DNA from: Phoronis australis
Lineage: Eukaryota; Animalia; Phoronida
Length of the DNA: 64,000 nt
Direction: 5' to 3'
Assembly (NCBI GenBank): GCA_002633005.1
Contig: NMRA01000204.1
Span: 275,645-339,644 of the forward strand
In this document: positions 51,500-62,500 of the stretch, one piece after another
Layout of the letters: each line of letters begins with the position of its first letter
Position numbering within the stretch: the first letter of the stretch is position 1
The notes under the pieces: generated by a model
Databases searched by the model: none
What the model saw: only the letters and a program-made list of their open reading frames with translations
Told to the model about the DNA's origin: nothing
Made by a program: the position numbers and the translations under genes

Positions 51500-53458
51500 C
51501 GTGCACAAAGTATCCAGCAAACAACCCAGCAAAACGCGATTAACTCAGAGTCTTTGCCAACAAAACATGACCGAAGTACAGCATTCAGGAAGTTCGTCCA
51601 CGTTTCAATGAAATAAAAATTGGGTCTACATGCTTTTGAATTAAATTGGTTGGAAGGAAAAATTTATTATAACTATGCAATAAAACAACATATTAGAATA
51701 ACAATGAAGCATACTTAAGGATTTTAATTGCAAAAAAATTCTCGCGCAATAATATCTGCAAGAAGTTCTATGTATTGCTATTACCGTTGCACATCTGAAA
51801 GATGGTGTTGTGAGTTTTGGTTGAGTGAAAGGCAAAGCAGTGTTGAAATGTAGGCTAACGTGCGAAGATTTAACAGAAGGACCGAGTCCGCAAGAACTTA
51901 ATGTAATTGTTTGTTTAATATTTGTGGGTTACTTATCAACGCATCAGAATTTTCTTTTTTAAAATTGCAACAAAGAACTGCTGTTTTATCTGTTTTAACT
52001 TAAGTCATCTGTTCGACTCTGTCTCTGGCTGTTCTTCTTGACAGACTTGACAGTAGGACTGATGCAAAAAATTACCGTTCTACTGCCAGTGTGCCTATTC
52101 ACTAATCAAACATATGGTGATAATGTCGAAATTATTTTGGTGATTGAGATATCAACCAGCCTGCTGCAACTTTTAGAATTTGTGCAAAGATAAACCACGA
52201 ACACTTGCTGAATCATTGAGTGTGAATTAAATTTGGTTGTTCCAATGTTTGATAATTAAATTATCTGTGATGTGACTCCAAACTGATTCGGTTTGGAAAT
52301 CGGACACTGACTGTGCCATTATTCTGATGAGATATATCAACCTTCAGTGCCATGAAACAGAGCATCACCTATTGGCCAATTTTTTTCGCTGAATCTTCAA
52401 TCTAAGGTTGGGTTCTCTGTTCACAACAAATTATTGAATTTGGCTTCATTTCGTTAAGTACTTAGTGTTTTATTACTAGCAAACGGAATTGATATCCAAG
52501 TTTTGCTTTGGCGAAGTTTCCATCATCTCTTGAAAGATGTTGTAAAAAAACTTATATAGTACTAGTAATGTGTATGGGTGTCACGAAGGTACTGTCCAAG
52601 TGGACAGCTGACTTTTTTGAACATTACAAAAGTCGTAGAATGATATAAGAAAATGATATTTATTTGATTGTTTTCCACTGCAACCAACCAGGTGAGTGTT
52701 GGTTGACTATCAGATTTTGCATGCATGCCGTCTGGTCATTCACTCTACATGTTGGTATAAGTTGCGTATTGGGGTGACGGAAAGAACTACCGAGGCAGTA
52801 TGAAATTTTGAGGTCTGTATAAAATTACGGTAAAAATTCTCCAATTTGGGACAGTGGAAAATTAATTATTAAATTGCTCAAGGTCGAAGCTTGTCCCAAA
52901 TTGTGGAATAAGCAATATTGGCCATCAACAATCAAATAAACATCATGTTCTTGTATCCATCGCCAGTTTTTGTATCAAAGAAAATGGTCCTTTTTTGCAA
53001 GAGGGGCTGGTTTATCAGAAAAATAACTCAAAAGTTGCACAAAACAAAATGATCATATGGAAAACTGCTGACACGCTTTTGAGACTTCATTTTGATCATT
53101 CATGTCAAACGAAATGTGTCATGTTATCTATACCTTTGTGTTGTTATGAATGTAACTTACTTTTTGCTCAGTTTCACTAAAAAGACATGGTCATGTGACC
53201 CAATCAATGACAAATTCAAAATAAAATTCTGCATCCGTTGTACTTTCAGAAAATATCTTCTTTTATTGATTCAAATTTTATAATTTTTGTTTTGGTTGAA
53301 TAGACAGACTTGTGGATAACGTAAGGTTGCTTTTTGATGGTGGACATAATCAATCACCTGATTGCTTTTGTGTGCTTTGAGTAACCAAGCAATCTTATTA
53401 CTTCCCTTGTAAGGAACCTGACCTTTGACCTGTTTCCCTGTGGAGCTCAGTTTGAAGC
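51500..53458. promoter_or_regulatory. Divergent (head-to-head) CYP20A1/TAF1 promoter region and TAF1 5' UTR
   Basis: The ATGs are 1.96 kb apart on opposite strands. Acceptors upstream of the TAF1 ATG (53413, 53450) imply noncoding upstream exon(s). Base skew switches from A/C-rich to T/G-rich near 51700-51800. Confidence 0.6.
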
Positions 53459-53578
53459 ATGGAGAGTGATGAGGAACACCACCATGATGATGGGCAGACT
53501 GTGGAGATGTCTCTCACAGGATTCTTGTTTGGAAATATTGATGAAAAAGGAGAACTGGAGGAGGACGTCTTTGATGAG
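53459..53578 (+). CDS. TAF1: TAF1 coding exon 1 (TAND)
   Basis: [40 protein letters not shown]|gtaca. Confidence 0.93.
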
Positions 53579-56500
53579 GTACAATGGTTCATCCAGGATT
53601 TCAATAATAGGGTGTCCAATTTCTCGGGGTGTTCTTGATGAATAACGTGTGTCAGCATTTTTGTTTCTCCAATGATGTGTTACTATGGAGATGTGGTTCT
53701 GCAATAAAGTATTTTGTATTTTCATTTTAAAACCAACATTTTTGTTCTGGATAGGCCATTGGTTTCCCAGAGCTGGTGAATGTTTTAGAATAGTTTGGGC
53801 AAGGTTGGTTACAACATAGTTCTACTCTATGTGCTCATTGTGATGTTAATAACTAGACTATGTACCTGCATTTTGTACGTGTGTTAGCGTGGTGTACCTG
53901 AAGGTGATTTGAGCGGACATTCATATGCATGCCATTGTCTTACACTGTGTCTAGATGTGGAACTTTTATAAGATAGGTCAAACATCTGGTCTAGAGGCAG
54001 ATCAGCCACTTGACTGGAGCATTCACACAAAGATGTCCTACCCACTTTGTTCATAACTATTAGTGTGTCACTTATGTGCACATTGCTAAGTATTGTAGCC
54101 AATCACGTACGATCACCACAAGTGGACAGAGCTTAACCTAGCCTTAGCGCAAAGCTGTGCAAAAATACAGCTTTGGAATGATCCGGGTAAAAAATGGGTC
54201 GTACAGGCTAAGCCTAACCATAAATCACGTAATTTAGGATTCTCCCGGTAAGATAGCTGATCTGCTGTCTGATTTGGTATTGGATGTAAAGAAGGTAGAT
54301 CAGATGTGGACCAGACATTTGATCTGCTTCTGATTGGACGGTGTGTGAACTTTTGTACAAATCAGGATTAGTAATCTGTCTCGATATTGGTTTTTCGTCT
54401 GTAGTATGTGTATCAGCTGTCTCCATATCTGTGTCCCATTGTAGGACTCAAAGAAGCACCTGCGTGGCCTCAGTCATCTGAGTGGCATCGGCTCATTGGT
54501 GCAAGAGATCACCGACGTGAATGAGGCAGCTAGTGAGCAAGATGAAGACGATGGTGAGTGAAGAGCAAACGTCCCGTATACAACTCTTTAGTGTTGTGGG
54601 AACACAAAAGTGACTTTCAGTTGGACAAGTCTAGATGAGCCAAGTTGACAAAGACGAAATGCAATTTCTTTCGTTCACGGAAGTTTACAGCATTGGTATC
54701 TTTGTTATTCTTTTAAAGATCATAAAGCAAGCAATAGTCATGGTAGTTTGGTGGCATCACGATCGCAAAGAATTTGTGAAAAATGCTGTAAATCTACTGT
54801 AGGTGGTGTTGAATTGCTTATAAAATAAAAAGTTTGCAATTGAAAATGTTTGATCTTTTTGGTCCATTTTCTATGAGACAACAAAAGTTTTAGGGTTCGA
54901 CTATGTCTCCAAATATGGACCCTGTGCATATCTTCCGAGACTTTTCGTTGTATAACCCACCTGTGTGTCGTTTCAGAACAGCCGTGAAAATGACGGACAA
55001 CTTGCTGTTAAGTTGATGGATAGTTGTTTGACAAATGTGTAATTGCTGTCAAAGCTCATTTTTACTTTCAGCTGTTTAGACATCACTTATCATCCCAACT
55101 GGTCTTCATTGTTCAGTTGCACCTCTTTGGTGATGTGATCGAGATTGAATTTTCTAACAGCAGTACTAAAAGCTCAAGATTTTTTATTGATTTCTGCTAA
55201 ATACATTCCGTTCTCCAGATTACGATAAAAAGTCCGACACGGCAGTTGACTACTCTGATATTACCGAGACCGTGGATGATGAAATGGAAAAGAAATATGC
55301 TTCAGCAATGGCAGGCATGGCGCCTAAAGTGTCAGGTGAGGTGACAGTTAGTCAATACTGGCATAGTTACATACATGATAGATGAAGCTACTGGGATAAT
55401 TAAGAACTAAAGGAATGCATGATTGTGCGTAGTCGACATGTTGACTGAGCTGTGCTGTCAACATTAGGAACATTGTCAAAAAAAGAGAAATATTTCGGAT
55501 AAAAACGAAGCTGCCAATGTGATGTTAAAATGCATAACTTTGATCCAATGTTGAAGTTTAAATGTGCTAGTGGTGCAACTGAATATTGGGTAAACAAATC
55601 TCAATTGGGTTAGTCATAGTTATCTTCTGATCAACACAACACCCTTTTGAGCCCCCTTCGTAAGTTATACCGGGCATAAAACAAAAGTCCCCCTTTCTTG
55701 AACAGTTTTTTCTGAACTTTAACGAGAATCATTGTGGGGGGCAGGTTCCGAGAGCGAGAACGACAACTATGATGAGGAGGATGGTCCTGACAAGAGACTG
55801 ATGCCCCCACCCTCATGGTTACCGCAGTCGGACACACAGAGGCAGCAGTTGAATGCCGCACATGATACGTCAACAGTGAGTAAAGCAGTTGATAGGCTTT
55901 TAAAACAGGCAGTATCTGTCAAGGTACATGAAGACTTGGAAAAAATATGAAGAAAATTAGAGGCAAATTTATTGCCTGCTGTTTAACAGTTTCTTTAAAA
56001 GGCTGAAAATTTGAAAATTAAGTCATTACGTACTAAGTAAGGAGGTAGAGATGTTATTTCGTAAAGCCCTCTGATGAAACTTCTCTCAAGCGTAGCTGTG
56101 GACCCTGAAGTTACTCAACATACTTTCTATTTATGAAACTAGATATTGTTCAAGTAAATTATTATCAGCAAGTTATGTTGCACAAATGTGTGGTGTATTT
56201 CATTAAAAGCAAACACATAACTATGGTAACCCTGTTACGTAGGCTGCACAGACCAAGCTGCCCAGAGATGACAGAAAGTTCAACACACCGTTAGCGGCCA
56301 TGTTGCCTCCAGATTTGGCCAGACAGGACGTTCGAGAACTCTTTCCTGAGTTCAGACGTGGAGAGGTATGTGCAAATGTCGCTGTAGATGCTGCTGGCAG
56401 ATTTTTATGTTAATGAACATGACCGATAGATTAGATTGTGATTTTGACTTGAGATACATTTACTTGACATGTTCAATCAAACTAACATTCAGTCATATTG

Positions 56501-59500
56501 TGATCATTTGGCCTAATTGATCAAAATGTTGATATAAGCTCTTCTCCATCAAGTTACAAAGAGTTAATTGTGTTGATAAAAACGTCTTGCTGCCAGATTA
56601 ATGCTTCCTTCTAGGGTATTGCTGTGTGTGATTAACATGTGTTGGTGTGTCCACTCAGCTGTTTCCAGAGCCTAACCAATCATTTCTGTTCAAGGTTCTG
56701 CGTTTCTCCAGGCTGTTTAAGCCAACACACGCCCTGCATTATTATAAGAAGAAAAAGAAAAAGAAACCGGAGGAGAAAAGTGACGAAGCAGGTTGGTTCT
56801 ATTTATGGTTACAACGCATTCTGTTTAGTGCCTTACGGTTGGTTAATGTTTCGTCAATGTGGTTGAATGGTTAGATTGAATTTTGAAAAGTGCTGATTCT
56901 GGCAAACTTCTGATGCATGCAAATTATGACATCTAGGCAAGACGTTCAGGGCTTCTGTAGCCTGGTAAATACATCTCATAGTTTGCTGCTTGCGGTGTCC
57001 TTTTTCTTCATTAAGTCATAAATGGTTCGTGAATATGCAGTGAAAATGGATAAATAACATTCAACCTATTTGTAACATACTATGATTTGTAATGTTTACC
57101 ACTTACGGGCAGCTATTGTCAGTGCGCCTATGTTACCGATTCATTCTTGTAAATGTGACCTGGAACTTGTGACATTTAATGGGAGTTTGATGTTTTAATG
57201 TTTACAAATTACGGTCAAGACATGCACTTTTTCATCTACTTGACAGTTCTATGAAAATTGTGTGGTCTTCTTTCATTGTATGTAAAGTTGTATCCCTTGG
57301 CATACGTCAGTTTGTCTACAAGTTTCTGTATCACTTTACCCTGAAATTCTTGAATAAGTGGTAGGTTGTGTGTATGAACGGTTTGTTTGTGGTTGTAGAA
57401 CTTTCCAAATTTCTTCCAGTGTCCAGATCTGAAACTGCTGACAAACGTGATGATTACAGCAGTGAGGATGAAGGATTTGACGAGTGGGGGTATCCAAGAA
57501 CCAAAATACTACTGAACATGGGTCGACTACCGAGGTCAGAGGAGTGTCTGACTGATGACGAGGTAAGGGAGATAATGTGGACTTGAGTGTTGGAGTTGGC
57601 ATGCACACCCAATTGATGATGAGGTAGGGGAGATAATGTGGACTTGAGTGTTGGAGTTGGCATGCACACCCAATTGAATTGCCTGATATGTATTTTGTTA
57701 CATCATCATGGCAAATTAATGAAGTTTTCTTGAATAATAACTAGAAATTAGATCCATTTTGGATTTGAGTTAGGCCGATACCCTTTTGCATGGAGACATT
57801 GCTTGTTACTGATATTTCACGTGAAGTATTACCAATTGAATTTTTTTTGAGTGTAGGTAATTTGACTATTACCTAGGCACATCACGTTTCACACAACAGC
57901 AGGTGTCGTAATGGAGCACCTAGGTGTTATTTTCTTATTTTATTGTACTTTTTATTTGGTCATTTTTGACCTCGCTGGTGTAGCTCTCAATACAACTTTA
58001 AGAATTTGAAGCATTTTATGCTCAGGTTGGAAATGGGTTTATGAAACTTGTTGAAGTAACTTGCCCCCTTTGTTTTAATGCGCTGAATGTATGCTGCCAA
58101 ATATGTTTATATAATTTCATTTGTTAATACTGTAACCTGTTTATAACAACCAGGAACTCATTCGGAGGCCTGTGAAAAAAGTTGTTACCAATGACGACTC
58201 GGACGCAGGTCATGCTAAAGATGAGAAACCTAGGGTGGCGCCTTGGAGGTATGGTCCGGCCAAGTACTGGTATGACATGATCGACGTCAGTGAGTCAGGA
58301 GATGGGTTCGATTATGGCTTCAAGTTGAAAGAGGTAAAAATCGTGATTGCGTCAAGTTGTATTATGAGTCTAGTTCAGCGACCGTCTTTATTGCTGATAA
58401 TAATATGGGTTGATAAGTACTGCTACATTTTGGAGCAGAGGAAACATAGTCATATGTTTTCATAAATATGCAGTGTTTGTAATCTCTATCATATCTTTAG
58501 GGTTGTAGCCTGTTTGGCCAAATATTAAGCCCACGTTACATGGTTTTGACACTTTTGACGAACATGGGAACACAATAAACTTGGCTTTACCACCTTCTTT
58601 GCTAGTGACATCTGGTGTGTTGCACTTCACTTTAGAAGTGGGCGAAATCTTCGGCGTTGTTGCAAGCTATACACACAGAACACTCATTTGATATGTTCAT
58701 ACCCAGTGTTTGTAATCTTGTGCTTATAGTGATAGAATGCACAGTTTCATTTCTTATCATTCCTCTTAGTCACTACATCTCAGAACTTTCACTATTTAGA
58801 AGATTCAGTCTCTTCTGAGAGAGTAATCAATGCTTTTCTTTCTAAAGAAGAGTGAAGAAGAGGTCAAAGAAGATTCATCCAAACCGTCACTCATTCCTGA
58901 CGAGGCCTTCCACATGGTTTCCCAAGTTCACTGGGAAGACGACATCATTTGGAATGGAGAGGAGGTGAAGAACAGGATACTGGCATCCCAAAAGGCCAAG
59001 GGAGCCTTCACTGGCTGGCTACCTAGCTCAACAGCAAGGACTGCGGCCCAGTACCAACAGCAAGGTATGCTGAGGATATTATCATGAACAAGATTCTAGT
59101 GTAATGCGGAAGGCCAAGGGTGTCTACTCAGACTGGCTGCCTTGCTGAAATTGCATGTCAAGATTTTGACATCACTAGTAAATGTTGGTTAAGGATGTTA
59201 TAAAGCTGCCTTATGTCAGAAAATAATTTTTGATTTAGTCCGGTTATCGTACTGTTATGAACTGCATCTTTTCTCACATTAGAAGTCAATTCTGGGCTTC
59301 GAAAGAAGTGAGAGCTTGTAAGTTGCAATAACTTCCCCCCTAATCCAGAAATATATTCTAATCTTGTAAAAGATCTAGTTAAGACCAATTTAAATTGTAT
59401 CAGTACGTTGCCTAAATTAGAATTAAGTTCCTTTTGACGGAACGCATGTGTATGTCTACTTTAACTGAGTGGCATGCCAAAAACGGATGTCGATGTAGCT

Positions 59501-62500
59501 GAAGTTATGTTAGTTCTAGTTATATTTTACTATTGTAGTGCTAGTTATATTACTATTGTAGTGCTAGTTATATTTTACTATTGTAGTGAAGCTTGGTGCG
59601 TCCACTCCAATGGCCAGTGGTTACAAGCTGGGTAGCTCCATGATGCCTGGCAAGATCCAGGCCATGTTTAAAGTGCCAGAGGAGGAGGATGACCTATCCA
59701 AAGTCTGGTACAGCATCTTCTCAATTGATAATGAGGAGCTGGTCTACGGCAACTGGGAAGACAAGATCATCTGGGATGCACAGGTTTGTAGACAAGAAAA
59801 ACGTCTTTTTCACCAGCAGTAATGTATTTAGTGTAATGCATAGTCTAGGACCATCTGGTTTAATCATTAAAAGGTATTTCTTACTATATGTTGTGTTTGT
59901 AGTATCGTATGTAGTGTAAGCTCTGGCTGAGGTTTGTTTGAGGCATACTGTTTGTGGATTACAAAAAGGCTTTTGACACTGTGCTCTTCATTGGAACTGC
60001 ACCGTTCAAATATAACAGGTTTTCGTGGCTTAATTGCTTCAAGTGGATTTGGATATGTTGATTGAAAGAGGTGTCACTGTCTACTGTGCTCAATATTATC
60101 AAACTATCATCACCGTGTTGTCTACTGTTTCAGAATATGGACAGAATTCCTTCTCCTACAATTCTGACACTGGATCCAAATGATGAGAATATAATTTTGT
60201 CTATTCCTGATGATGTGGATCCCAGCAAAGCCAAGTCTTCTGAGCCAGCCAAGAAGGAAAAGGTACACTACATAGTGCTGTAATACCTAAATACCCAGGA
60301 TCATGTGACAGCAGCTCCATCTAATGTTCACAGAGTGAATCGGTCTTTTCCTCGTGTGACTATTAGCTAGTATATGACGTGCTTTTGCCTACCCTGGCTG
60401 TTGACTTCAACCTCACTCCTAAGTAATACCATAGTGTCAGATTTTTCAATAATTGCAACAGATCTCTTCTAACATTTGTAAATAACAATAAGATACCATG
60501 GTAGCATGATAACTGTTCTAAATCAGGGTATTTACTTAAGTCACATTTTAGTGTTGTACAAAAGTGGAGGTGCTAATAATATGAATTGATTTATTGAGAA
60601 ATTTTGTCACCTTACACTGTAAAAAAGTCATTTTTATGGTTAGGTATTTATTCTTTGTTTTGTATTTGGGGCTCGTCTGTGCCCATTACAGCGCAAGACT
60701 TGTTTACAATTCGATTATGATTGGTTGTGTTCTGACCCCATTGTTTTATTTTGTTAGGAGATCAAGAAGTCGAAGATATTACTTGGGAAGGCGGGAATAC
60801 TGAAGGAAGAGGAGGAGGAAGAACAGGTAGTTGATATAATGTAGACTTGTGTGGACAAACATGAATAGTGAAATCAAAGTAAAAAACAATACAATTCACT
60901 TACTGCTGGGTACGTAATTCAGAGTCCGTTCACAGTGGTGAATACCCCTTCTCAATCAGGGTGGAAAAGAACCAGGTGGCGAAGTCTTTTGTCCTTTTGT
61001 GATCACACATGAACTGAAAAATGTTTCGTATTTATTTACATTGCATTATTCTGTTAACTCACAATTATATAATAACATATTTTTCTTTGAATATATTGTC
61101 TTAACTGCATGATGATGTAACTAAAAATTGCCTCATTGTAAAGTTGTTCCTGTAAACAAATTATTGCCTTGACTTCTTTCAACCACAACTTTAAGTAGCA
61201 GACGTGATTCTGTTGTAAGGCTTTCTTGTTGCTTTATTGGGTGTCTGTTATGGCTGACTAGAAGGCGAGATATAAAATTCTGATAGGCGTTGTAGCAACA
61301 GCTTACATGATAGAGTATTGTGATGTGGTATATTTCATTCTCAGTTGATGGTTTTACATGCTCATCGGCATCACTTCATATCTTATTTCTAGGAGGCGAC
61401 TACTCAAGACAAAGATCCATTCAACATGTCTAATGATGAATACTACAACCCTAAACTGGCCACTGACAATGCACTGAGGACTAACATAGGTGGAAATCTC
61501 ATTCAGGTACATTGATGGTCCTGGTTACTTAGAGAGCACTCACAGAGTGTAGGCAGAGTACATTGATGGTCCTGGGGCCTTAGAGAGCATTCACATGGTG
61601 CTGGCAGAGTACACTGATGGTCCTGGGGACTTAGAGAGCACTCACAGAGTGCAGGCAGAGTACATTGACGGTCTTGGGGATTTAGAGAGTACTCACTGAG
61701 TGCAGGCAGAGGGTTCACAGCCATTTGTAAATAAGCCTCTGCCACTCAGATCGTGTTTTTGTCCTCAGTAAACCAGTGGAAGTTATTAGGTATTTTATAG
61801 GGAAACGTTGCCTAAAGCAGTTTAGGTATNTGCACTCTGTTCACTGGCAATATGGACTTTTTTGTAATGGGATAAGTTAGGATATATGCCAATTGCATTT
61901 TTTTGAGTTTTGGTGGCTGAAGTAACCAACCTGTCAATATTAAGAGGTCAAAAAATACCACCCATTTTTAATGCATCACTTCTTACAGGAACGACCACCC
62001 ATAATTTGAGTTTTTTTCTTAAGACCACCAGCCATGAATTTTTATTTCTGCTGCCGTCCCCCCCTCCCACACGGATTTTACTGGAACAGCCCTCAATTTT
62101 TCATATTCTACTACCATTAAAAACATAATATGGAAAATTTGGTATGAAATGATATTAGAAAAGTACAACTTTTCAAACTGGAAGTTCCAAAAACATTAGC
62201 TGACCTGAGTAGGCTGTGTTCTCTAACTTTTTTGTGTTGATAGCTTTGATCAATGGTCAAGTTGCCAAACACTTTTCAGTCTGCCCAAGCCCACATACAA
62301 AATTTGCCTTTTATACTAGAGCAATGATGGTGCAAATAGGTAAAAATGATCATGCAAAAGATATTCAGTTGATCAGATGCACAGTGTTTGCATTGTGCAG
62401 CTTGCTTACAGAGTCTCTATGTCTGCCTTAAAAAATTGATATTTGTATTCATTTTGGTTTAATAGAAATCCGCTTGAATTTCCAGCACCTTTCAGCATAA

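Noticed and set aside
57289-57297. gtatccctt resembling a U12 5' splice site
   Set aside because: It is mid-intron and not at an exon boundary; all modelled introns have U2-type donors.
61503-61745. Cys-rich repetitive minus-strand ORF; possible CRISPR-like array
   Set aside because: It is a contiguous 51-bp minisatellite with no unique spacers, in a eukaryotic intron.
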